DNA of 64,000 nt from Squalus acanthias. Lineage: Eukaryota. The notes beneath the pieces were generated by a model. The model was not told the DNA's origin. It saw only the letters and a program-made list of their open reading frames with translations, and did no database searches. The position numbers and the translations under genes are program-made. Positions 11,733 to 24,351 of this stretch are shown piece by piece. Every line of letters starts with the position of its first letter. Positions within the stretch are counted from its first letter, which is position 1. The stretch lies in NCBI GenBank assembly GCA_030390025.1, contig CM059427.1:92566001-92630000 (forward strand), read 5' to 3'.

Positions 11733-12496
11733 TTGGACCGAATCTTGCTGGAACGGGGCATCTCGCGGTGTGGGCCGTTAGTTAGACTTTATCCTGAACC
11801 CTTCAGCTCAAATATAATTTGCGGCGTAACTTGCCGGAAGTGCGAGCTGATAAAGGCGCGGTGAGGACAGCGTGGCATCTGGGACTGTAGTGAACGACGG
11901 GACCAACAGTCCATCTCCATAACCAATGTGATTAAAGGATTAAGAAAGAAACAGAGGAACAGCAGAGGAGGAAATAGGGTGAATTAGAGTCAAATCAGGA
12001 ACAGAATGAGAAATAAAGAAAGGGAATGAAAGATTGGATTAAGAGAGAAAGAAAAAAGAGACAGAAAGGAAAAGTAAGAAAAAATGTAAAAATTTTAAAA
12101 TTGACATTTTAAAAATTGCAAACAATTGCCTTCATGCAGGAATGAGACTCCACATTTAAATAGTTGCTTTTCTGGGCCAGAGAGGTTGATTGGCATTGCA
12201 TAACAATTATCGCATCATTAAAAAGGTTACGCAGTTAATTATGAGCCCTAAATTTCTGTGGGGACCTCAATCGGCAATTAATGTGCAAATCCAACAAGTT
12301 CTTAAAAATAACGGGGAGGCTAAGGGTGAGATGCCACTTGTGCGAAGCAAATGGCGGAGCGACATAAATAAACCAAAAAGTTCTGGAGATTCGCAAATCA
12401 CGGCATATCTCTTAATCCTCTGAACTTGCTGGCCAATTCGTGTATCAATAACGTGTCTTGAACTTGCCCTTATTTTTGCAACAAGATTTGGCCCAA
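11733..12496. mobile_element. Non-autonomous TIR DNA element ~310 bp upstream of the TATA box (also upstream of copies C, D, E)
   Basis: TTGGACCGAATCTTGCTG ... CAACAAGATTTGGCCCAA imperfect inverted repeats, flanked by TA on both sides, with a purine-rich interior. Confidence 0.55.
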
Positions 12497-12763
12497 TAAT
12501 GTATGCCATAGATAGGCCTTTACTAAGGTACAAGAAATCAGTAAATTCAGACCCGTAAACTGCAGTGGACTGAGTGTGACTTTGTACAGATTACAGTTGA
12601 TCATTTCCTCTCCTCTGTCAGTTCATTATTTCATATTCTGAGGAATAATATCTGATTTCACACTTCTGCCACCAAATCTAAACACGATGACGATATTTGG
12701 AGGAAGCTGTGCCCATATTACAGCCCACTTGTCAGCAGATTTCCGTGTCCAGGATCACCAAAC

Positions 12764-12813
12764 TGAGCAAATATGAGTCAGTGTTTGAAAGTGGTGGAGG
12801 TGCAGTATATAAA
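12764..12813 (+). promoter_or_regulatory. Core promoter of copy B: TATATAAA (12806-12813), AP-1 consensus TGAGTCA (12774-12780), forkhead-like GCAAATA
   Basis: Motifs read directly. There is no ATG between the TATA box and the start codon at 12903. Function is inferred. Confidence 0.7.
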
Positions 12814-12902
12814 GACTGAACGCTGCAAGGGAAAGGCAGAGCAAGAGAGAGAAGCAGCTCCTTTACTCTTAGAAACCAGCCAGCTGATCAACAAGAGGCA
12901 GA

Positions 12903-15900
12903 ATGAAATCCTTTCTCCTCACCATTGCTGCAGTGCAGATCCTCCACTGCTCAGGTACGTACTGGAGAGAGCTGCACCTCATAAAGCAACCAGTTATTGG
13001 GAATGAGCTTCAGTCAGCGATACTTTAACAATGTTTCAAAAGAATTCACTGAAGAATGCTGGAGTGTTTTGTACAACTTTCCTTTTCTCTCTGCAGGAGT
13101 CCCAAGCCCGAAGGATGCTCTGAGAGTGTCAGTTCTGAAGCTGAACGAAATCACCGAGACCACCAATCTCTGTGGTATAACCAGGAGAAGAGTGAAGGAT
13201 GTAAGTGTGTCCTGGTCTAAGTGTGTTTCACTGTCTAAACTCTACAAGAATATTACTGAGTTCAGTTAGACACTGATTATTAAACATGAGCGGAATATTA
13301 TATTAGTTATCTTTTGCCTTGTACAATCATCTCTTTTGTCATTTAATCTCTCCTGCTTTCCACCCTATCTCAGACCTTCCCTTTTGTTCTTTCCTCCTAT
13401 CACTCCTTTCCCTGCTCTGAACTTGTTTAGAACCTCTTACATCTGTAACATTTTCCAGTTCAGATGAAAGGACATCGACCTGAAACGTTAACTCTGTTTC
13501 TCTCTCCACAAATTCAGACTGACCTGCTGAGCATTTCCAGTATTTTCTGCTTTATTTCAAATTTCCAGCATCCGCAGTATTTTGCTTTTGTATTATATTG
13601 GGCTAGAAATTTTGGTCGGATGCATACCTCCAGAGTATGCCTCCGACCCGCGAAAGAATTATGAAACTACCTGCTGGCAGCGAGGCTGCGAAAACTTGTG
13701 GTCTCAGTCCTCAAGGCAGAGGGCAGCATAATGGCCCATGGATGCCAGGGATGTAGGAGGTGCGGAAGCATACCCGGGATCACGTGGGTCTGGTCCTCCA
13801 ATCACAAAGGAGAATTCCATTTTAATCATTTACGAAGGGAATCAATGAATGAGAGGCAATGGAATCCAGAAATCTAATAATTATACAATTTACAGAATTG
13901 GAATTTTATTCATAATTCCACCAACCTCACTAAAAATGCAATTTTTTGATAATAATTTTATACATCATTAACACTGTAATCCGACCAATATTTGTATAAA
14001 CTCATTTTATACAGTGCATAATTTACTATATGAAAATGATTAATTAATGGCTTAGATATTCCCTTACGCTGATGCAAACAGGCCATGTGCCTGCTTGCAT
14101 GAACCGTAAGACTTCTGTGTGCAATCGCTGGCCAGTTGGTGGGCAAAAAGCCCAACTCTGTGCCTGCGATTGCTTTCTTGAGGCCTGCGCAGCAGACCCG
14201 TCAACATGTACGATGATAGGCTGCAAGTTTCGGATTTTGCGCATGGTTAAAGGGGACATTTTGTGTTTGGACATATTAAATATTCTGTCCCTGTAGGTTG
14301 ATGATTCTGACTGTCCCAGTGGAGGCATCTGTTGAAAATAAAGAGCTGTGTTGTTCTGAGCTTTATCTGACCAGAGTAAGAACACTAGATACAATAACAC
14401 ACTAATGACCTTTTTCACTTTCATTAGATTTATCGCACAGGCAAATTGTCGTACAACGTGGATTTAACATTCTCGGTGAAAGAAACCGTCTGCTCCAAGA
14501 ATTCTGGACTGGAATTTGATGATCCCAGCTGTCACTTCCATCCCAAAAAGACTGCTGTGAGTCCTGAGTTATATTGTAGCATCGAAACCCCCATGTCTAC
14601 TGAGTTATATCATAGAAAGGGCCGTGTGTACTGAGTTATATCATAGAAAGGGCCGTGAGAACTGAGTTCTATCATAGAAAGGGCCGTGTGTACAGAGTTA
14701 TATCATAGAAAGGGCCGTGAGTACTGAGTTATATCATAGAAAGGGCTGTGTGTACTGAGTTATATCATAGAAAGGGCCGTGAGTACTGAGTTATTTCATA
14801 GAAAGGGCCGTGAGTACTGAGTTATATCATAGAAAGGGCCGTGTGTACTGAGTTATATCATAGAAAGGGCCGTGAGTACTGAGTTATATCATAGAAAGGG
14901 CCATGAGTAACGAGTTATATCGTAGTAACTTTCTGTGCCAGTGCTGAGCTTACATTCATCAAGAGTTTTAATGAAATGTGTTTTATTTTGATAGGGAAAC
15001 GGGTTTTGCAAAAGCCGTGTTGAATATTTTGCTGATGAGGTTGTTGACATCGTTGTGCAGTGTCGAGGTTTGAAGACTGTTGACAGCAACAGTGAATCAT
15101 TAGAGTCAAGTGAAGACAGTATTGAGGTAACCTCATAATTATTCAAACCGCGACAATGGGGTTCCTGGACTTTGGGTCAGGATTTTCTCCCCTGTCGCAG
15201 TTTTTTTTTCCTATCTTCACTCTCTTTCCTTGGACAACAGTGTGAAGCAGTGAAAGAAAGATTGCATTGATATTTTTCACAACCTCACTGTCGTAAGTCA
15301 TTTGGAAGAGCGGGGTGTGACCAGGGTTGTGTAGAGAGCCCAATGAAGAGATCTTCAATTGTGTAAGGAACACACAGGTATGAGTAAAGAGAATGGGCAT
15401 CAGGGCAAAAATTCTCAAGTGGCTAAAGTTATTCCTGGCACAAAGGAAGATGGTCTTGGTTGTTGGTGGCTCATCATCTTTGCCCGAGGACATCATTGCA
15501 TGAGTTCTCAGGGCAATGGTCCATGGCCAATCATCTTCAGCTGCTTCATCAATGACCTACCCTTCATCATAAGGCCAGAAGTGGGTCTGTTCCCCTGTTC
15601 AGCTCCATTCATAATCGAAGCTTAGCATGCCTGCATGCAGCAAGACCTGGACAATATTCAGGATTGATTGGCTAAGTGGCAAGGAACATTCGCATGACAG
15701 AAGTGCGAGGCAATGACCATCTCAGACAAGATAGAGCCTAAGGGCTCTTCAGCATTGACAACCTTTTGACCCATCATTGATTGACATACTCACCAAATTG
15801 AAAGACGATCAGAGCAGCACCCGTTTGATTTCAGTAGCAAAGAGTTCCCAACTAATATATCCAAATATTAAACTTTTATCATAGAAAGTAATCACTGCTC

Positions 15901-18685
15901 ACTCTGTTGGGGTTAAGGCAATAAAGTCCACTTTATTACTTTATTACTTTATTACTTTAACCGTTGGCTCAACACCCCACTGTACCAGGGCAGGATTGAT
16001 TGATTGCTGCATTTTAGATTATCCCAGTGTTCGGTGAGGACTTTATCACCTCAACACTGAACTATTAAATCTCAACTGTGAAACCAATGAGTTAATCTTT
16101 CCCTGGATTACTATCTAATACTTTTGATATCATTAATGTGAAGATGATTTTAAAACCGGATTCCATTTACAAAATGCCTAAATATCTAAATATGACTGTT
16201 TTACTCCAGGTGGAAAAGAAGTCAAAAGAAACATCACTTGAGGAGACTTCAAATGTAAGTATAAACAGAGACTTTGTGTCAGATGATTGTCTTCCTGGTC
16301 ATGGTGCTCAACAACAATAAACTGTTGAAATGGAGTCAGAATGGAGTCTCAGGCAGCAATGTGCTTTTATTCAATGCAATGTCCACCCAGAGGCAGTGAG
16401 GGAAGGGGCACTGATGCTCAATTCCTATTGGATGTTCTCCAACCCATGACAAAGGATTATTGAACTGATGAAAGTAGAGAGGATGAGTTTGTTTTCACTG
16501 AAGATAAAGTGAGCTGAATTCCCACAGCGTTAGGATAGGTACTCTGCTTCTGACCTCATTACAGCCTTGGTCCAAACATGGACAAAAGAGCTGAATTCCA
16601 GAAGTGAGGTGAGAGTGACTGCCCTTGACATCAAGGCAGCATTTGACCGAGTGTGGCATCAAGGAGCCCGAGTAAAACTGAAGTCCATGGGAATCAGGGA
16701 GAAAACGCTCTACTGGCTGGAGTCATACCTAGCACAAAGGAAGATGGTTGTGGTGATTAAAGGTCAATCATCACAGCCCCAGGACATCGCTGCAGGAGTT
16801 CCTCAGGGCAGTGACCTGGGACCAACCATCTTCAGCTGCTTCATCAATGACCTTCCCTCCAACATAAGGTCAGAAATGAGGATGTTCGCTGATGACTGTA
16901 CAATGTTCAGTGCCATTCGCAAATCCTCATATAATGAAGCAGTCCATGCCCGCATGCAACAAGACCTGGACGACGTTCAGGCTTGGGCTGATAAGTGGCA
17001 ATTAACATTCGCGACACCGAAGTGCTAGGCAATGACTATCTCCAACAAGCGAGAGTCTATCCACCTCCCCATGACATTCAACGGCATTATCATGGCTGAA
17101 TCCCCCACCATCAACATCCTGGGGGTCACCATTGACCAGAAACATAACTGGACCAGCCACATAAATACTGTAGCAACAAGAGCAGGTCAGAGGCTACGTA
17201 TTCTGTGGCGAGTGTCTCACCTCCTGACTCCCCAAAGCCTTTCTACCATCTACAAGGCACAAGTCAGGAGTGTGATGGAATACTCTCCACTTGCCTGGAT
17301 GAGTGCAGCTGCAACAACACTCAAGAAGCTCCACACCATCCAGGACAAAGCAGCTCACTTGATTGGCACCCCATCCACCACCTTAAACATTCACTCCCTC
17401 CACCACTGGTGTACCGTGGCTGCAGTGTGTACCATTTACAAGATGCACTGCAGCAACTCGCTAAGGCTTCTTCGGCAGCACCTCCCAAACCCGCGACCTC
17501 TTCCACCTAGAAGGACAAGGGCAGCAGGCGCATGGGAACACCACCACCTCCAAGTTTCCCTCCAAGTCACATACCATCCTGAGTTACAAGTATATCGCCG
17601 ATCCTTCATCGTCCCTGGGTCAAAATCCTGGAACTCCTTACCTAACAGCACTGTGGGAGTACCTTCACCACACGGACTGCAGCGGTTGAAGAATGCGGCT
17701 CACCACCACCTTCTCAAGGGCAACTAGAGATGGGCAATAAATGCTGGCCTTGCCAGCGACGCCTACATCCCAGGAACGAATAAAAAAAAAGTGATGACAT
17801 CATGAGGGCAGTGTGTGTTACATTCTCACCATTTAATAAATAATTATTAGATTTTTGCACGGGACGGAGAATAAACACAATAGAAACCAATTGATGAATA
17901 ATCTCAGCCTTCATTAGTTTAACCATTGACCCCAATGCCCCACTGTACCAGGGCTGTATTGATTATTGCTGCACTGCAGGACATGAAATGTTTGTTTAGG
18001 AATTTGCCACTCCCTGAACTCTGAAATGTCCAGAGTTAACACTTCCTCATTTGTCATTTAATAATTTTGTTTAATTCTTTTATTATTTAAAAAATGTATC
18101 ATTGATCCACTGTGCTAAACATATCAATATGAATACTTTAATTCAGGTGAAAAACAAGTCAAAAGAATCGTCACTCGAGGAGCCTCCAAATGTAAGTATA
18201 ATCTGGGACTTTTACTCAGATGATTATCAACTACAATAAACTGTTGAAACCTGGATTCAGCTGTGTCAGAATCGAGTCTGAGGCAGCTCTGTGTTTTTAT
18301 TCAATTAAATGAATGCCTGGAGCCTAGAAATTTAACGAGTTCACAATTTCTCATTTATGGTTTAATAATCAGTGAAATCTATGTTTTGAAGATAATTCTA
18401 AAACTCAATATTATTTACACAATGTCTCATTAATCCCCTGTACTAAACAGATAAATGTTAATATTTTAATACAGATGAAAAGCAAGTCAAAAGAATTATC
18501 GCTCGAGGAGTCTTCAAATGTAAGTATAAACTGGGACTTTGTTTCAGATAATTGCCTTCTTGATCATGATTATCAACAACAATAAAACACTGATCTCAGA
18601 TTGAACTCAGTCCATCTGAAAATGACAATTCTGTTGATTCCGTTCACTACAGGAACACAATGATGATTCAAGAGCCCGACACTAA
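12903..18685 (+). CDS. spp2-like: SPP2-like secreted phosphoprotein, copy B (194 aa, complete)
   Basis: Exons 12903-12954 (signal peptide MKSFLLTIAAVQILHCS-G, phase 1), 13097-13200, 14428-14556, 14995-15126, 16210-16254, 18147-18191, 18475-18519, 18653-18685. Splice sites are canonical, a TATA box lies 97 nt upstream and there is an A at -3. CSG|VPSPKDALRVSVLKLN parallels SPP2 CSG|FP...LRDALSASVVKVN. Confidence 0.88.
13304..13591 (+). mobile_element. Penelope-type 3' terminal fragment of a second family in intron 2 (also in copies C, D, E)
   Basis: Pyrimidine-rich stretch, then CAGATGA-AAGGACATCGACCT-GAAACGTT (degenerate hammerhead core) and ...GACCTGCTGAG.TTTCCAG... terminus. Confidence 0.6.
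13600..14291. mobile_element. Possible decayed Harbinger-type MITE in intron 2
   Basis: GGGCTAGAAATTT ... AAATATTCTGTCCC weak inverted termini; no clear TSD. Confidence 0.35.
14599..14921. repeat. 31-bp minisatellite, copy B (~10 units)
   Basis: Same unit, read directly. Confidence 0.95.
16541..17790 (+). mobile_element. Same intron-5 LINE, copy B
   Basis: ORFs 16567-17028 and 17032-17727. Confidence 0.9.
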
Positions 18686-21600
18686 CCATGAATGAAACTT
18701 CTGAAAGGCCGAGCTTGGTGTGAACACAAGAAGACCTCATTCAGATTAAAGAAGAAGTGATGAATTGTACTTCACTTGTTTATATATAAGGGGGGACCTG
18801 GTGTTCCTGACTGTACATTTTACTGTAACTGGGAGATTCTATAGTTTGTAAATGTTCTGTCCTTTGCTGTGTATTATTGTCTTGTATTCTGTGGATCAAA
18901 TTAAAAATATAAAGAGAATATTTCCTGATGTTCTTCCAAATGTTGTTTCTCACTTCACTGATTAGATGGGAGTTCAGACAGACACAGCGCTCAAACCAGC
19001 CTGTCATACACTTGTGACAAGTTTCCTCATTTGACTGGTAGCTGCTGGTGAACTGGGGCTTTTGCTGCTGAAACTGAGTGTGGCAAGGTGAAGAAATGGC
19101 ATTGCAAAATATCTGGAATTCCTGCTCTCCGATGTTTGCTTTGAAGGAGAATAGTGAAGCTCGCAGTGCAGCTGTGACTGTAGAATTGCAGACTTCCCCT
19201 TCATCTTTCTCACTTACAAGTAGGTTGCCAGCATTATATGATGGTGCAAAGCTGGCCGAGGTTATCGGATCTCTTAACTTACCCCAAGCCCTGCCTCCTC
19301 TTACCTCGAGAGTCATGTTTGGGGTGGGCAAGGAGCTGGGATATCTGGGTCCCAAGCTAGTATTGGAGTCATACCTGGCCAGTTCTGTGCAGTTGACACC
19401 AGTCTGTTTACAACTGTTGTGAGGACAGGAGGAGCAGTTGAGTGTCTGTACGGAGAAGGAGAGAGTTGCCGTGACCTGCTGTGAGGAGAAGAAGCATGCC
19501 GAGTGTGGGGGAGAAGATTGAATGAAGTATGTTTCTGGGGTGGGGTGGGAAATAAAAGCCATGGAAAGGTGACACTCCTGTAAATGGAGACAAGATTGTC
19601 CCAGCAACCGGCACTTCAAACTTTACATCTTAGCAACGCTGGGTGCCAGAAACTCACTGATGGTCATAGCACCCAGAGTTGCTATGGCATTACTGGTGAC
19701 AAATGTGTCGTCTGGCCTCACCCTATCATTAACAACTTTGAACAAGCTGGCCTATAAGGTCTACAGTAACCTTTAAAGAGACAAAGCATCCATAACATCC
19801 TAATACTCTGATTGCAAAGTTGTGATGTGTCAACCAATCACCTAATTACTATATGATGGATTAGTTTCTGCTGGACTAGTCACTGAGTTGGACTACTGCA
19901 TAATAGTGTATTTGCCTTATAAACCTCAACAAGGTGGAATACTGTTAAATTAGAGGGTATCCTGGATATAAATGTCACAGAACTGCCAACCGTTAGTTCA
20001 GTTATTGATCTGGTCCCATTTTAAATGTTCTCTCAAATGCAATTGACATCAGAGAAGAAAAGGAATTTATAGTCACTTGATTTACATTGCTATGAGTGAT
20101 TGAAAGTGATTGAGAGTGGGAGCCCTGCTTGTGGGAGCCCTGGTTCAGACAATTTTGTATATTCCATCTACCCAGGTTGCTCTCAGTGCAAACAGCTTTA
20201 GAATGGGTGCGATGTTTGCCAGCTATGGAATCCCATTAAGAAATATTAAAACATAGAGAGGGTAATTTTCCCCTTGTACATTGGTGGCAGGACATCGTGC
20301 CCATTGATAGCACGTATTGGAACGCCATTGGCAGTGTGCCAGGGATTCGTCTGTCCACACTGCTAGCAGGCGAGGTCCACATCACCACCGGACACTTAAG
20401 AAGCTACCCCCAGGGTCTTTCATGACTTAAAACGTGACTGATCTCCGTTCCAACACACCCGCCTTCAAAATCCTGAGCACTTCAAATATAGAATCAGAGG
20501 CTCCAAAGTTCCAAGTCCCGCAATCTGCCAGAGGACGTGCGTTGAGGCGGGACTTCGGCTTGTCCGAGGGCCTAGACATTGGTCCTGTCAGATATCCTGG
20601 CCCCAGCTCATTATAAAATTGCTGGGCAGGACAAAGCCATGAGTCCTGCGATCAATTGAAGGCCCAGAAATCACAAGGGGCCGAGGAAGGTGGAATGTGT
20701 TGGCATTGAAAGGCAGTCTGCAATTAAAGGGGCAAAGTCAGGAAACAGGAAGTGGGGATGGTATCAGTGAACAGGAGGGAAAGAAGAGCTGGAGATTTTC
20801 AGAGTGAGTTGGAGCCCTTATTATCTGAGATAAGGCAGCAGAGAGGTGCCCTATTGGAGGCAGGAGGCAAATATTCTGCATACAATCAAGCAATCTGGAA
20901 GGAAATGGCACTCTCAGTAAATGGGCCTACATGGCCCGCAGGACACCACTGCAATGTAGGAAAAAGTTTAATGATCTGACAAGGTGCCAAAGATAGGCGC
21001 TGTGGCAGTTATGTGACAATCTAACTTGTACCATAGAGTGACAGAGAAAAGAATGTACTGCATGTCATAATTATTCCTGTGCTACCCTATCGGGTGTCAC
21101 AGTGAGCAAGGAATTCACAAATACAGTAACTGTCTCACCTACATCCCTCCAGAATCATCTGTCCTCGAATGCCAGTCTTGTGGAATGTCACCTTCCGTGT
21201 CAAAGTTCTCACACCGCCGTTAATATTCACTCTCAAGAGCTGATAGATGACAGGAAAGAAATGATGCGGAGATGCCGGTTGTTGGACTGGGGTGGACAAA
21301 AGTGATAAGTCGCAAAACACCAGGTTATAGTCCAACAGTTTTAATTGAAATCACAAGCTTTCGGAACGGCTGCTCCTTCACCTGTCGAAGGGTTGGACAG
21401 TGTTACAGAGCTTGAAAATTCTTCCCTCCCTGCAGTGGAAAATTGCTCATGATTCAAAGAAACATCATTCAACAGGCAGATGACCATTGGACATGAGGAG
21501 GAAGAGACAATGGAGATATCGAGCACCAACTCCTCTCCAGTCGTAGGGGATGGTAAACTAGGAGTCCCATCAGTCACAGGGAGTTTGTTCAGATTACCTC

Positions 21601-24254
21601 CACCTGCATCATCAGGTACTGACAGAAATGCCTGTTAGGAGCAGGCAGTCAATACGGGGACAGACTCTAGGGCAGAAATGATGGGATTTCGGAGTGGTGA
21701 TGTCATCCTGTCCCAAACCTGTCGTTTACACGTTTGCACTCGTTACAGGACCATTGCATCTTACTCCGCTCACCACCCTCGGTGGGAAACTTCATTCACA
21801 CAAAATGGCTGGATCTCGGGTGGATCCAGAGTCCACCTCCTCCCCAATTCTGGCCCCTAGGCAATCAATTCGCCCCACTTCCATCTACCCTCAGTCTAAA
21901 CACCAACCTAACATAATCTTCAATGGCTGATACGATATGTTCAAACGGCTCAATGATCTTCAATTTGAAGATCAAGCACGAGCAGCAGCCAATGCTGAGA
22001 AGACCGAAAAGTAAACGATTAACTCAAATTAAATGAACAGCAGGAGTATGCAGACAAGCAGCCTCCACTAGTAGTAATATGAGATTGATTTAAATACCCT
22101 GAAATGGGGAGAGGTTTATGTGGAGTTTGCACATTCTCCCCGTGTCTGCGTGGGTTTCCTCCGGGTGCTCCGGTTTCCTCCCCCAGTCCAAAGATGTGCG
22201 GGTTAGGTTGATTTGGCTATGATAAATTGACCCTTAGTGTTAGGGGGGATTAAATACGTGGGGTTACGGGGATAGGGTGGGAGATGTGTCGGTGCAGGCT
22301 CGATGGGCCGAAATGGCCTCTATCTGCATTGTGGGGATTCTGTGATTCAAAGATTCCAACTTCTGTAACATTATTCATCTTTACAGTCATGTGCAGTTCT
22401 GATGAACACTTTAAGTTGTTAATGGAAATATTATTACAGTTGTTTGCAGAAGTTGACAGCTGTTTATCTTCAGAACTTTCTCCTCTTGCTGAACTAATGC
22501 TTAGCTTCTCCCAAATCTTCCCCTCACCCTCGTCCGCCCCCTTCCCCTCCCACACAAAACCTCGGGCCTCCACACAGCCTCATGTAACCGGGAAGGCAGG
22601 AAGCCCGAACATGGACTTCTCCACATCTGTCAACAATCCCCCAGTCCAAAATAAATCTCTGGATGTAGCGCCTACGCATCTGGAGTTGAATGGCCTCTGT
22701 TGCCAGGAGCCTGCTGCAGCTACAGAGAAACTTTGGTATTTGATGTGATTTCTCTCAATGGTTTCTTTTCAGAAACTTACCCAGAGTCAGAAAGTGTACA
22801 ATCTGAGCTGAAGTGTGGTCATGACGTTAAGGTCACACAAATTAATGACCAAACGTCACTGTGCCAGCAGCACTGAAATGACCAAGGCACCTGGGATTTA
22901 AAAGCACTAGCACAGGGCTACTATTGATGGTGAAGCTGTGTGTATATCAGGGGTTTACCACTGATTGCATTGGCATGAGGTGATTTGTGTAGAGAGCGGT
23001 GTTAATTCAGCAAACTCAATCTCGCCAATGATTTTAATGTGGGCGGAGCTACGATAATTAACTGTTCAACTTTCTCAGCGAGGGTCTCTGAAGCAGATCA
23101 AAAACCCCCGCAAATTATGGTGTGGCGTAAGGAATAGCATAAGTCACTCACGCTATAATCGCCAGGAATTCCTACACCATATTGGACCGAATCTTGCTGG
23201 AACGGGGCATCTCGCGGTGTGGGCCGTTAGTTAGACTTTATCCTGAACCCTTCAGCTCAAATATAATTTGCGGCGTAACTTGCCGGAAGTGCGAGCTGAT
23301 AAAGGCGCGGTGAGGACAGCGTGGCATCTGGGACTGTAGTGAACGACGGGACCAACAGTCCATCTCCATAACCAATGTGATTAAAGGATTAAGAAAGAAA
23401 CAGAGGAACAGCAGAGGAGGAAATAGGGTGAATTAGAGTCAAATCAGGAACAGAATGAGAAATAAAGAAAGGGAATGAAAGATTGGATTAAGAGAGAAAG
23501 AAAAAAGAGACAGAAAGGAAAAGTAAGAAAAAATGTAAAAATTTTAAAATTGACATTTTAAAAATTGCAAACAATTGCCTTCATGCAGGAATGAGACTCC
23601 ACATTTAAATAGTTGCTTTTCTGGGCCAGAGAGGTTGATTGGCATTGCATAACAATTATCGCATCATTAAAAAGGTTACGCAGTTAATTATGAGCCCTAA
23701 ATTTCTGTGGGGACCTCAATCGGCAATTAATGTGCAAATCCAACAAGTTCTTAAAAATAACGGGGAGGCTAAGGGTGAGATGCCACTTGTGCGAAGCAAA
23801 TGGCGGAGCGACATAAATAAACCAAAAAGTTCTGGAGATTCGCAAATCACGGCATATCTCTTAATCCTCTGAACTTGCTGGCCAATTCGTGTATCAATAA
23901 CGTGTCTTGAACTTGCCCTTATTTTTGCAACAAGATTTGGCCCAATAATGTATGCCATAGATAGGCCTTTACTAAGGTACAAGAAATCAGTAAATTCAGA
24001 CCCGTAAACTGCAGTGGACTGAGTGTGACTTTGTACAGATTACAGTTGATCATTTCCTCTCCTCTGTCAGTTCATTATTTCATATTCTGAGGAATAATAT
24101 CTGATTTCACACTTCTGCCACCAAATCTAAACACGATGACGATATTTGGAGGAAGCTGTGCCCATATTACAGCCCACTTGTCAGCAGATTTCCGTGTCCA
24201 GGATCACCAAACTGAGCAAATATGAGTCAGTGTTTGAAAGTGGTGGAGGTGCAG

Positions 24255-24262
24255 TATATAAA
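24255..24262 (+). promoter_or_regulatory. TATA box, copy C
   Basis: Same context as copy B. Confidence 0.7.
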
Positions 24263-24351
24263 GACTGAACGCTGCAAGGGAAAGGCAGAGCAAGAGAGAG
24301 AAGCAGCTCCTTTACTCTTAGAAACCAGCCAGCTGATCAACAAGAGGCAGA

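Noticed and set aside
12903-18685. Cathelicidin or true SCPP gene identity
   Set aside because: There is no cationic terminal peptide and there are 8 coding exons rather than 4. A folded 4-Cys domain and a phase-1 first intron do not fit SCPP genes; SPP2 fits better.
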